Assembly (NCBI GenBank): GCA_026397235.1
Contig: JAPLVG010000014.1
Coordinates: forward strand, 1-58,076
Source: Candidatus Berkelbacteria bacterium
Lineage (GTDB): Bacteria > Patescibacteriota > UBA1384 > XYA2-FULL-43-10 > CAINNR01
Length of the DNA: 58,076 nucleotides
Direction of reading: 5' to 3'
Shown here one piece after another: positions 35,918-45,133 of this stretch. The position numbers were made by a program, and so were the translations under genes. Every line of letters begins with the position of its first letter. Within the stretch, counting starts at the first letter, position 1. The notes under the pieces are model-generated. The model was not told the DNA's origin. It did not search any database and worked only from the letters and a program-made list of their open reading frames with translations.

Positions 35918-37180
35918 ATGGTCACATATTTGATCTATGTTTGTTTGTTTCTGATTCCGGCATATATTTTTAGGTTTTCAGTTTTTGGAATCCCGACGAA
36001 TTTTTTTGAAATTGCTGTCATTATTACTGCGCTGGTATTTATCATTGAAAGATTAGTCAGTTCCCGCCGGAGTTTCCCCCTTGCGGGCGGGAACGACGAT
36101 AAAAAATTTATCGTCGGATTTTGGCCGGCCTATATTTTGCTGCTGGCGGCAATTATCGGCACGACGATCGCGGCTGATAAAACGCTGGCACTAGGTATAT
36201 TAAAAGGCTGGTTTTTTATCCCAGCATTTTTATATTTAGGTATTATTAACTCGTTTGATAAAAAAAATATTCGCAGAATCACGATTCCACTTTTTATAAC
36301 TTTGATTTTAGTTTCTCTTTGGGCGATATTACAAAAATTAGGAGTCATCTCTACACTTTTTTACCAAGTCGGAGACGCCGGATTTACCGATTATCTCAAC
36401 CGATTTCGGGCTTTTGGGCCATTTGAGTCGCCGAATTATTTGGCGATGTTTGTCGTGCCAATGATGTTTATTACTTTGCCGATTATCGGCTATTTTCGAA
36501 GTACAACGGATAAAATTTTGATTTTATCATTTTATACTTTGCCACTTTTCGCCTTGTACGCTTCTCACTCTCTCGGCGGACTTTTAGCCTTTGGTTTTGG
36601 AATCATTTCACTCTTTGCCGTTCTTTTAGCTAAAACCTATCGGGCACATCTGGTGAACTCAGGAGTAAAAGTTACTGCTTTGGCAGTCGGTTTGGTTGTT
36701 GTTGCAGTCGCTTTTGCTTTTATCTTTTCGTCCATTGGCACTGAAACTTATTCCAATACTGTTAGAATAGATATTTACCGCTACTCAACAGAGTTAATCC
36801 AATTACACCCGATCTTTGGTGTCGGCTTGGGTGAATTTCAAAAGTCAGTCGGGCAAATTTCAATTAGCAATCTCGGATTTCAGACCTATGGTTTATCATA
36901 TGCTCTTCATCCGCATAATTTATTTTTAGCTTTTTGGCTTAATTTGGGTCTTTTGGGATTTCTAACATTTCTTTATCTTCTCGGCAGTTTTTTTTGGCGA
37001 CTCGGACGACGCAGCGGCGATATTTTAATTATCGCTTCAACTTTCGCTGCCATGGTAGCTATCCTGATTCACGGATTAGTTGACACGACTTATTTTAAAA
37101 ATGATTTATCAGCAATTTTTTGGCTGCTTTTGGCCATGGCCGTAATATTGGGTGTGAAAAATGGAACAAATAGTCAGTAA
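35918..37180 (+). CDS. O-antigen ligase/polymerase-like (Wzy_C) membrane protein 2
   Basis: Polytopic protein; SHSLGGLLAF and HPHNLFLAFWLNLGLLGF motifs. Confidence 0.7.
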   Translation: MVTYLIYVCLFLIPAYIFRFSVFGIPTNFFEIAVIITALVFIIERLVSSRRSFPLAGGNDDKKFIVGFWPAYILLLAAIIGTTIAADKTLALGILKGWFFIPAFLYLGIINSFDKKNIRRITIPLFITLILVSLWAILQKLGVISTLFYQVGDAGFTDYLNRFRAFGPFESPNYLAMFVVPMMFITLPIIGYFRSTTDKILILSFYTLPLFALYASHSLGGLLAFGFGIISLFAVLLAKTYRAHLVNSGVKVTALAVGLVVVAVAFAFIFSSIGTETYSNTVRIDIYRYSTELIQLHPIFGVGLGEFQKSVGQISISNLGFQTYGLSYALHPHNLFLAFWLNLGLLGFLTFLYLLGSFFWRLGRRSGDILIIASTFAAMVAILIHGLVDTTYFKNDLSAIFWLLLAMAVILGVKNGTNSQ

Positions 37181-38438
37181 TAATAAATTTGAAAATCTTT
37201 TGCAAAAAATTGGCGTAGTATTTTTGTATGTTTCAATTATTTATTTACCGCTTTATGAACTTATATTGCACATTCTTCAAAGTTATACTGGACTGTCTGA
37301 CCAGTTAATTTTTTGGTTAACGCATTTTTATGAACCGGTTATCGTTTTATTTATCCTCATATATCTGATTAAGTTTGCAATCCAGCGGCAATTACCCAAA
37401 TTTATCAAGGTAGATATTCTAGCTGCTGCAATTATGCTATTGGCTTTAGTTATGATCGCAATTTATCATAATGATTTGCAGCGCGGTTTGCAGGGTTTGC
37501 GTTTTCTGATTTTGCCCTTTGCTATCTATTTAACTACTAGATTTATTAACGATAAAAATCCTCATAAATTAATCAAAATATACTTAATTATCGCTTCACT
37601 TTTGGCTGTTATGGCAATTATTGAATATTTCTTTTTGCCTCGCGGCTATATGGATATTTACTATAATTTGGTTGGCTTTGGTTTTGGCCAGAACACTCTG
37701 ATAAGTACCACCCAGGCAACGGCAATTTTAGCCGGTCCAAATCAATTGGCGTCATATCTGATTTTTCCGTTTTTTTATTTGTTACATCGCTATTTTGCTG
37801 GCAAAAAAAGCATTCTAATGATGACTGACAGTTGTTTACTGATTCTTATCGCTTTGGCAATTGGCTTGACTTACTCGCGATCAGCGCTTATCGGTTTAAT
37901 TATCTCGGCAATTGCGATGTTTGCCTATGTCGGACGCGGACAGAGAGATAAGGTAATATATGCGATTTTGTTTATTGTTATCGCCGTGACTTTAGCTGCC
38001 ACCTATGCACTTCGAAACGGCGAACTTCCTCGAGATATTATTACTCATGGCGGATCAATGATTGGTCATCAAACTGCAATGGCGGAGAGCTTTAAAACCT
38101 TTTTTCACGGCGGGCTGCTCAAAATTCTTTTCGGCTTTGGTGTTGGTTCGGCCGGACCGGTTGCATTGAAACTTGGCGGAATAATTTCAGAAAACTATTA
38201 TCTTCAGATTTGTTTCGAGCTTGGAATCGTCGGCCTGATTATTTACATTTTATTTATTGCTGGATTGCTCAATAATATGTTTAGAAAATCAAAAACACTT
38301 TTTTTTGCTCTAATTGCGTTGCTAATTAATGCCTTTTTCCTTCACATTTTTTCTGACAACCCGGCAATGGCGGTTTCAGTATTTATTATTACTGCTTTTG
38401 TAATAAATCTGGAAGTCCAAAATAGCGGTAGTGTCTAG
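37161..38438 (+). CDS. O-antigen ligase/polymerase-like (Wzy_C) membrane protein 3
   Basis: Polytopic protein; TYSRSALIGLIISAIAM motif. 20-nt overlap with the preceding paralogue. Confidence 0.7.
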   Translation: MEQIVSNNKFENLLQKIGVVFLYVSIIYLPLYELILHILQSYTGLSDQLIFWLTHFYEPVIVLFILIYLIKFAIQRQLPKFIKVDILAAAIMLLALVMIAIYHNDLQRGLQGLRFLILPFAIYLTTRFINDKNPHKLIKIYLIIASLLAVMAIIEYFFLPRGYMDIYYNLVGFGFGQNTLISTTQATAILAGPNQLASYLIFPFFYLLHRYFAGKKSILMMTDSCLLILIALAIGLTYSRSALIGLIISAIAMFAYVGRGQRDKVIYAILFIVIAVTLAATYALRNGELPRDIITHGGSMIGHQTAMAESFKTFFHGGLLKILFGFGVGSAGPVALKLGGIISENYYLQICFELGIVGLIIYILFIAGLLNNMFRKSKTLFFALIALLINAFFLHIFSDNPAMAVSVFIITAFVINLEVQNSGSV

Positions 38439-38872
38439 CCACAAATTTATGCCACAAATTGACACAGATAATACATTAAATGAGTTGTCAAAGAAATTAA
38501 TTGGATTGGCTTTTGAGACTTATAACTTTCTCGGGGCGGGATATAGCGAAAGAATTTATCAAAATATGTTTGCAGAACTTTTAAAAGAATCGGAAGTCGG
38601 CTACATTCGTGAGAAATATTCTCAATTGATCATACATGGCAAACGAATAGGAGGTCATAAGGTTGATTTTTTGGTCGATGATAAAATTGTTGTCGAGATG
38701 AAATGCAGAAGTGAAATTTATCCAAAGGACATTGCACAAGTAATAAATTATCTAAAAGTTAATGCAGTTAAATTGGGATTAATATTTTGTTTTACTACAA
38801 AAGGTGTCAAGATTAAGCGCTTTGTGTATTAATTTGTGCTGATCTGTGGTATAAATTTGTGGCTAGACACTA
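38429..38872 (+). mobile_element. inverted-repeat-bounded GxxExxY gene cassette
   Basis: 28-nt terminal inverted repeats TAGTGTCTAGCCACAAATTTAT(G/A)CCACA at 38429-38456 and 38845-38872 (27/28 match) enclose the gene. An ORF-less relative lies at 53378-53465. Confidence 0.6.
38431..38832 (+). CDS. GxxExxY-family protein (PD-(D/E)XK-like, PDDEXK_3)
   Basis: GAGYSERIYQNMFAELL (GxxExxY), DFLVDDKIVVEMKC (D...E.K), and a C-terminus like other family members. The true start is probably the ATG at 38449. Confidence 0.8.
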   Translation: MSSHKFMPQIDTDNTLNELSKKLIGLAFETYNFLGAGYSERIYQNMFAELLKESEVGYIREKYSQLIIHGKRIGGHKVDFLVDDKIVVEMKCRSEIYPKDIAQVINYLKVNAVKLGLIFCFTTKGVKIKRFVY

Positions 38873-38891
38873 CTTATTATGTAAGAGGAAA

Positions 38892-40061
38892 ATGAGTAAA
38901 ATATTAGTTGACGGAAGATTTATCGGTGTCGGTGACTCCATTGGTCGCTATACTTTTGGTATACTTGAACATTTATTGGATATCGACAGCGAAAATCACT
39001 ATTCACTGCTAATCCGGCCGGCTGGCATTAAACAAGTTAAAGAACACGGTTTTTGGGATTCTGATCGAGTCAAGGTTGAGGTTCAAGATATTGCTCATTA
39101 CTCAATGGCCGAGCAAACAAAACTCCTTGTCTGGTTGAACAAGAAGCCCTATGACTTGGTTTATTTTACACAATTTAATCACCCAATATATTATCGCAAA
39201 CCGTATATCATAACAATTCATGATATGACGACCTTTGGTTACTTCGGATACCAGAATCCGCTTAGAGTTATTCCATTTAAAATGGCGATGAAATCGGCGG
39301 TGCGTGATTCGAAAAAAATTATTTCAGTCTCTAAAAAAACCGGAGATGAATTGGTTGATTATTATAAAGTTGATAAAAGAAAGATCGAGGTCATTTATTG
39401 TGGTATTGACCAGAACTATGTTCGAATTTCAAAAATGGATCAGGCGGACAGAGTTAAACTGGGCAATAAATTTAAAAAACACTATGAGCTTGAAAGTGAA
39501 TATTTGCTCTACACTGGGATGTGGAAGAAACATAAAAACCTAATGCGTTTGCTGCAAGCTTTTAAAAAAGTTAGGTCTGACGTTGGCTCAATTCAGCTGG
39601 TTCTGGCTGGCAAAGTTGATAAAGATGAACCGGAAATTGTGACTGAAATAGAAAATATTAATGGCCATGAAATTGATAAAACCATGAGCTCTGACCCGGT
39701 TTTTGTCGCTGGCTTCGTGCCGGAAGAGTTATTATCAGCTGCGTATGCAGGGGCTATTGCTTATACCCAGTCATCCCTAAACGAAGGATTTGGTTTGCCG
39801 CCATTGGAAGCAATGGCTTGCGGAGCACCGGTTGTGGCTTCAAATATCTCTGCTACGCCAGAAGTACTTGGTGACGCTGCCAGTTATTTTGACCCTGAAA
39901 ATGTTGATGATATGATGATGAAGATTGAAGAGGTGGTGATGAATCAACGGCTACGCCTCGACCTTCGAAAGAGGGGTTTGGAGAGAGTAAAATTATATTC
40001 ATGGAACGAGAATGCAAAAAAAACATTAAAAATTATTGAAGAGGTTCTAAAATCAAATTAG
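38892..40061 (+). CDS. GT4-family glycosyltransferase
   Basis: [28 protein letters not shown] region. AAGAGGAAA SD before the ATG at 38892; the track start at 38859 lies in the inverted repeat. Confidence 0.8.
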   Translation: MSKILVDGRFIGVGDSIGRYTFGILEHLLDIDSENHYSLLIRPAGIKQVKEHGFWDSDRVKVEVQDIAHYSMAEQTKLLVWLNKKPYDLVYFTQFNHPIYYRKPYIITIHDMTTFGYFGYQNPLRVIPFKMAMKSAVRDSKKIISVSKKTGDELVDYYKVDKRKIEVIYCGIDQNYVRISKMDQADRVKLGNKFKKHYELESEYLLYTGMWKKHKNLMRLLQAFKKVRSDVGSIQLVLAGKVDKDEPEIVTEIENINGHEIDKTMSSDPVFVAGFVPEELLSAAYAGAIAYTQSSLNEGFGLPPLEAMACGAPVVASNISATPEVLGDAASYFDPENVDDMMMKIEEVVMNQRLRLDLRKRGLERVKLYSWNENAKKTLKIIEEVLKSN

Positions 40062-40107
40062 TCTAATTTGTCTTATTGGTCTCATTAGACCATTTTTAAT
40101 AGAAGAT

Positions 40108-40141
40108 AAAAAAGCGCCCGGCACCAATTGGCGCTGGGCGC
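40108..40141 (-). terminator. rho-independent terminator of 40166..40396
   Basis: GCGCCC...GGGCGC stem with an A6 run on the plus strand. Confidence 0.6.
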
Positions 40142-40165
40142 GAGACATGTGTTGCCGGGAGATTG

Positions 40166-40396
40166 TCAGGCGAATTGCCCGGTTCTGTCCACTTCCCGTC
40201 CGGAGCGGTCTGCGACATATGCCCCATCCACTTCGGAACATGAGACCAGGTCGAGGAAGTCATAAGCGATCTCCAAGGTCTCCTTGCCACCTGCCGGCTT
40301 GTTGCTCCAGGTTTGGCCTACGCGAAACTGCAGTCTTTTGGTTTCGTTACCAACTACCCTTACGACATAAAACGGCGGGCACGGTTGCTGAGCCAT
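40166..40396 (-). CDS. small hypothetical protein, G+C-rich ORFan (76 aa)
   Basis: GGGAGG SD; own TTGACT/17/TATAAA promoter (minus strand, ~40418-40446); own terminator. Confidence 0.5.
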   Translation of the reverse strand: MAQQPCPPFYVVRVVGNETKRLQFRVGQTWSNKPAGGKETLEIAYDFLDLVSCSEVDGAYVADRSGREVDRTGQFA

Positions 40397-40461
40397 TTCT
40401 ACCTCCCGAGTTTGATTTCATCGTAAGTAATTTATACTCTTAATGTCTATCATAGTCAAAT

Positions 40462-40495
40462 AAAAAAACGGCCTGCCCCGGAGTGGGGCGGACCG
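40462..40495 (-). terminator. rho-independent terminator of 40508..40894
   Basis: GCCCC-GGAGT-GGGGC extended stem with an A7 run on the plus strand. Confidence 0.6.
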
Positions 40496-40507
40496 TGATG
40501 TTTTTAT

Positions 40508-40894
40508 TCATCTACTGTCTGCCTCCCAATAAGCCTTCGGGAGGTTTGAGATTTGGCGGACGGTATTCCCGCATTTGTCGCAGCCGCGGACTTTGTAGGC
40601 TACGATGACTTCCGACAAGTCAAGTATCTTGCCGCAGCCGGTGCATTCGTAAGTTCCGCCGTCGTAGCGGAAAAGGCCGGCAAACATGGCGGCCAAAATA
40701 CAAATGAGCGCCATGACGCCGGCCATACTCAGTCCGGTACCAAGCCCGCAGTTCGGCACCGGCGCCCAAAATGCCGTGGCGCAACTGACGAGGAAGACAA
40801 GGACTGCTATCAATCTCTTGCCAATCGCCCAGCAGTACGCCCCAACTATCATCGCCACAAACGCAATTACTCCGTACCACTGATACCAGTGCAC
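40508..40894 (-). CDS. membrane protein with C-terminal zinc ribbon, G+C-rich ORFan (128 aa)
   Basis: GTG start behind AAGAGG; 3-4 TM helices; CTGCGK...CDKCG. Confidence 0.55.
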   Translation of the reverse strand: MHWYQWYGVIAFVAMIVGAYCWAIGKRLIAVLVFLVSCATAFWAPVPNCGLGTGLSMAGVMALICILAAMFAGLFRYDGGTYECTGCGKILDLSEVIVAYKVRGCDKCGNTVRQISNLPKAYWEADSR

Positions 40895-40932
40895 AGGAAT
40901 ACCTCTTTTCGTAAACTATTCTGCAACACCAA

Positions 40933-40961
40933 ATATTAGCACATCTGATATAATATGTCAA
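40933..40961 (-). promoter_or_regulatory. extended -10 promoter of 40508..40894
   Basis: Minus strand: TTGACA, 17-nt spacer, TGC-TAATAT. Confidence 0.5.
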
Positions 40962-41062
40962 GATTGTGGTGGAAAAAAATTTCTGCTAGGTTGAGAACAG
41001 AAATCATTATTAAATTGTTCTATTGTTTTATTGTTAAAAACAATTGAGCATCGAAAGGAAAT

Positions 41063-42634
41063 ATGCAAAATATTATTATGTTCTCGACTTTTGGGGTCTC
41101 TATTTTTACAATCGTTTACTCATTATTCTTGGCTTCTGGAATTTCTTTAAAGTCTGCTGGTTCGAAAAAATTGTTCGATATCTCGAAAATTATTGCTGAT
41201 GAACAAAAGAAAAAGGCGATAAAAAACATTAAAGATTTTGCCTTAGTTGCCGTAGTTCTATTCACTGGCATTATCTACGCTTTTGGTTGGCAGGCAGCGG
41301 TCAGTTTTCTGGCTGGAGCAGTTATATTCGCATTAATCGATCATTATCTAATGACTGTGTCGGCTAAAGTTTCAGTTCGATCGGCTGAAGCAGCTAAAAC
41401 AGATGCCGTTTTTGCTTACAAATTAAATTATATTTTAGCCGCAGTCGCGACGTATTTAATGGCTGGCAGCGGCCTTTTGATTTTTGCAATTATCAACTTC
41501 ATTTTAAAGGATTCGATTTGCTTAATCTCTCTGGCCCTAAGCGCAGTTGTTGTTTCAATTTTTACTTGGAGGGGCGGGAGACAAAACTATTTAGGTGCAT
41601 TTGTTGGGATACTGGCTGCAGTAATCGTTCTCACAAAATCAGGAATTTCCAGTTACAAAAATGTAGAACTTTTGCCACTAATGTTTGTCAGCTTCATTTT
41701 ACTCATTTCACTGGTAAGCAAGTTGTTGTCGGGAGTTAATTCAACAAAATTAAATGTTTCCTCGGCGATGAATCGGGCGGTAATTTTCGTTTCAATTTTG
41801 ACCTTAGCTGCTGCTTATTTCGGGCCGAGATATATTCTTGAAGTATCTGGCGCAAAATTGATTATAAAATTAGCGGCAACTTTAGTCCTCGGTTTAGTCC
41901 TTGGTTTGATAATCATTTACACCCGTCAATTTTCGAAAATTCTGCCGACAATTGCAGTGGCATTGACTGTTTTGATTGCAAATTATCTGGTTGGAAATTA
42001 TGGAATAACTTTGGCAGCACTTGGATTCTTGTCGCTTTGGCCACTACTGATGCTGGCTAATCTATTCTCCTATTCAATTAAAAACGCCGAAGCGATTGCA
42101 GTTGCAGCTGAAATACCACAGACCGCAGTGGAAAATATCAAGACTTTGGATTCGAGTAAAATTAGAACTTCGGGCTACTTTATAACTTTATTTGGGATTT
42201 TGGCCGTTACTATTTTGATTTATTATTTTGCCGGTCTTAGCAGTTTGAAGTTTTTGGCTACTGATCCGAAATTAATCTCTGGTTTGCTTTTCGGTGGTGC
42301 GGCATCATACATTTTAAGTTCTGAACTTTTTGTCGACAAAATATTGAAAATTGCTGTTGCTATTATTGGAGTTGTTATTGCCGGCGTAACTCTAGGGCCA
42401 ATTTTTCTCGCTGGCGTCATTGCCGGAGCTATTTTGATTGATCTGCTGGTTAGCCAGTCGGTCAGCTGTGAGGTGTTAATTATGGCAATTATTGCAGTAT
42501 TTTCATCAACTTTTATTGAAACGCAGTACAGCTTAATAATCCGCGGAATAATTGCTGGTGGAACAATTTTTTTGGTCGCAACCTATTTTATTATCAAAAT
42601 GCTCTATGCAAAACGAATCCAAGTCGGAAAATAA
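41063..42634 (+). CDS. polytopic membrane protein, divergent membrane pyrophosphatase (M-PPase) homologue lacking catalytic motifs
   Basis: WQAAVSFLAGAV...MTVSAKVSVRSAEAAKT aligns with M-PPase WQTGVAFLLGAV...MKMATRANVRVAEAART. No GGG(V/I)(Y/F)TKAAD or DNVGDNVGD motif. 523 aa versus ~700 aa. Confidence 0.5.
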   Translation: MQNIIMFSTFGVSIFTIVYSLFLASGISLKSAGSKKLFDISKIIADEQKKKAIKNIKDFALVAVVLFTGIIYAFGWQAAVSFLAGAVIFALIDHYLMTVSAKVSVRSAEAAKTDAVFAYKLNYILAAVATYLMAGSGLLIFAIINFILKDSICLISLALSAVVVSIFTWRGGRQNYLGAFVGILAAVIVLTKSGISSYKNVELLPLMFVSFILLISLVSKLLSGVNSTKLNVSSAMNRAVIFVSILTLAAAYFGPRYILEVSGAKLIIKLAATLVLGLVLGLIIIYTRQFSKILPTIAVALTVLIANYLVGNYGITLAALGFLSLWPLLMLANLFSYSIKNAEAIAVAAEIPQTAVENIKTLDSSKIRTSGYFITLFGILAVTILIYYFAGLSSLKFLATDPKLISGLLFGGAASYILSSELFVDKILKIAVAIIGVVIAGVTLGPIFLAGVIAGAILIDLLVSQSVSCEVLIMAIIAVFSSTFIETQYSLIIRGIIAGGTIFLVATYFIIKMLYAKRIQVGK

Positions 42635-42733
42635 ATCAAAATTGGCGGAGGAGTTCACAAACCTCATTGATTCGGGAACGAAGCTGAATAATGAAGCCGC
42701 TATAGTTTTGTTAAATCGCATATTGCAAAATAG

Positions 42734-44722
42734 TTGAGTGGTAAGTATTATAAAGCTGTGGCTAAAAAGAAAAGTAAAGAAGAAAAGTCTGAAGCTCGAA
42801 ATCCGAAATCCGAAACAAATCCGAAGTCGGAATCAAACAAGATCAAACAGACAAAGGAAAAGTTGAGAATTCTTCGGGAGCGGATTCAGTTGTGGAAACG
42901 GATAAAATGGCCGATAATTGGTATCGGCTCGTTTTTAGTTCTGTTTTTAATCGCTTTGGGCATATATTCAGTCGCTTACGGCAAAACGTCTTATCGCAAT
43001 GTTTATGTTGGCGACATTAATCTTGGCGGAAAAAGCAAAGCCGACATTACGCCGCTGTTGAAACCCACTAGCGATCAATTTCTAAAATCTGATATTGCAC
43101 TGAAATATCAGCCGGAAGCTGGAGATGCTAAAGAGTACAAAATATCGTCAGCTGATTTGGGTTTGTCATATGACGCCGATAAAACTGCCAATGACGTTTA
43201 TGCAGTTGGGCGTAACCACAATATCGCAGTTAGTTTTTATCAGCAATTAAAAACTTTGTTTATCAAATATCATGTTGATGCCAGTTTTGTTATCAATCAA
43301 GATGCGCTTGATAAGAAAATCGCAGATATTGCCGCCGAAGTTGATGTCCCAGAAAAAGATTTTGCTTTGAAATATGATGGCAATGGCGTTTTTGAGTTAA
43401 CTTCAGAGAAGCAAGAAGGACGACGGATTAATCAGGAAGATATAATCCGCAATGTCGAAATCCGAATATCGAATATCGAAATTAAAGAAATATCATTTAA
43501 ATCGGATACATTTGTGCCACAGATAACAGAGGCAAACGCGCAAATCGGTTTAGCCAACGCCAATAAAATTCTCGCCGCCGGACCATTAACTCTGGCCAAT
43601 GACGGTCAGAAATTCAGTCTTGATGTTGATACGATTGCCGGACTTATTGGTTCGCGGCCGAAAAAGAAGGAGATGGAAATTTACATCATCTCGGATAAAA
43701 ATACCAAGCAGGTTAGCGGAATTGCCGGGCAAATTGATAAGCCAGCCGGAAATGCAGTTTTAGCTGCCCAGGACGGCAAGGTTGTGGTGTCTGCTGATTC
43801 CCAATATGGCTCTCAGCTGGACCAAGACCAAGCGAAAATTGATATTGAAAACGCCTTAATGGCACGAATTGCTCCGGATTCAACTGTAAACACACTTGCT
43901 GTGGTGTTGAAAGTTAAAAAAGTCGCACCGGAAATTGATTCAGCCAAGCTGGCGTCATATGGTCTAACGGAATTGGTGGCTTCTGGAACGACGAATTTTG
44001 TTAAATCTCCGACTAATAGAGTACACAACATCAATGTTGGCGCAGCGGCAATAAGTGGCGCTTTGATTAGACCTGGCGATGAATTTTCCACTTTGGGGAA
44101 ACTCGGTAAAATTAATGCTTCAACAGGTTATTTGCCGGAACTAGTTATTAAAAATAATAAAACTGTTCCGGATTATGGCGGAGGACTTTGCCAAGTTTCC
44201 ACAACTTTGTTTAGAACTGCGCTTAATGCTGGGATGAAAATTACTGCCCGTCAAAATCACTCCTATCGAGTGTCATATTATGAGCCGCCAATTGGCATGG
44301 ATGCGACTATTTTTGACCCGGCGCCGGATTTTAAATTTGTAAATAATTATTCGAACTATATTTTTATTCAATCAAAGATTGTTGGAACAAAAATCACCTT
44401 TGAATTTTATGGCACCAAGGATAGCCGGGCGATCAATATCGGGCAGGCGGTAGGTTATGACTATGTTGAGCCACCAGCACCAGTTGAAACAGTTGACCCG
44501 GCATTGCCAGTAGGGACTAGAAATTTGGTTTCACACGCACACCAGGGTGCTTCGGCTAAATTTCATTATAAAGTTACCAGAGATGGCCAGATTTTGCAGG
44601 AAACTGACTTTTTGTCGAAATATGTGGCCTTGCCGGAAATGTGGCAAGTCGGCCCAGCGGAGACACCAGCCCCGCCGCCTGAAACGCCCGCTCCGGCTGT
44701 TGATACACCACCACCAGCCTAA
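42734..44722 (+). CDS. VanW-family protein with N-terminal TM anchor
   Basis: VanW core GGGLCQVSTTLFRTALNAGMKITARQNHSYRVSYY; TTG start; Pro-rich C-terminus. Confidence 0.8.
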   Translation: MSGKYYKAVAKKKSKEEKSEARNPKSETNPKSESNKIKQTKEKLRILRERIQLWKRIKWPIIGIGSFLVLFLIALGIYSVAYGKTSYRNVYVGDINLGGKSKADITPLLKPTSDQFLKSDIALKYQPEAGDAKEYKISSADLGLSYDADKTANDVYAVGRNHNIAVSFYQQLKTLFIKYHVDASFVINQDALDKKIADIAAEVDVPEKDFALKYDGNGVFELTSEKQEGRRINQEDIIRNVEIRISNIEIKEISFKSDTFVPQITEANAQIGLANANKILAAGPLTLANDGQKFSLDVDTIAGLIGSRPKKKEMEIYIISDKNTKQVSGIAGQIDKPAGNAVLAAQDGKVVVSADSQYGSQLDQDQAKIDIENALMARIAPDSTVNTLAVVLKVKKVAPEIDSAKLASYGLTELVASGTTNFVKSPTNRVHNINVGAAAISGALIRPGDEFSTLGKLGKINASTGYLPELVIKNNKTVPDYGGGLCQVSTTLFRTALNAGMKITARQNHSYRVSYYEPPIGMDATIFDPAPDFKFVNNYSNYIFIQSKIVGTKITFEFYGTKDSRAINIGQAVGYDYVEPPAPVETVDPALPVGTRNLVSHAHQGASAKFHYKVTRDGQILQETDFLSKYVALPEMWQVGPAETPAPPPETPAPAVDTPPPA

Positions 44723-44776
44723 TAGTATTGGTCGAATTGGACCAATTTGTCCAATGGGTCAAATTTATTTTTTAAA

Positions 44777-45115
44777 TAAAAATGACCGGCTCAGGGTGAG
44801 CCGGCACTACGGGTGATGATTACGACGCTAATGCGTGCTGCGGAGGATGTGCGCGGGGGTATGATGGAGATGAAACCGCGCAGTATGGCTTGGTGTAGAA
44901 ATGCATCCTTTTAGCTCAGCTCTCTGAGCGACATTGTGGCGCACTCTACACCGTGACACGGTCGAGACAGGTGGTTGTATATGCGGCTAAGCCGCCGTTA
45001 GACACTTTCGTGCCATTTTGTGAAGCCCACACTTGTTTTTCCTCTGGCTAGTAATCCGACGTCTGAAAGCAACAATCGGACACAGCAAGACCTGTCTCGG
45101 TAGTGTGTATATAAT
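44777..45115 (-). ncRNA. candidate structured RNA (unknown class) or decayed cassette downstream of pyrG
   Basis: About 330 nt, G+C-rich, with no ORF of 60 aa or more. Several tight hairpins, a 9-bp long-range helix CGAGACAGG/CCTGTCTCG, and a minus-strand terminator CCGGCTCA-GGG-TGAGCCGG plus U-run at 44777-44804. Confidence 0.25.
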
Positions 45116-45133
45116 GTATACCAGACTTATAAT

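Noticed and set aside
44860-44915. Mini-ORF MMEMKPRSMAWCRNASF whose first 6 codons resemble the start of 54886..55362 (MMEMKPK)
   Set aside because: Similarity covers only ~19 nt and is lost immediately afterwards. This is insufficient to call a paralogous pseudogene, though it is compatible with the decayed-cassette idea.
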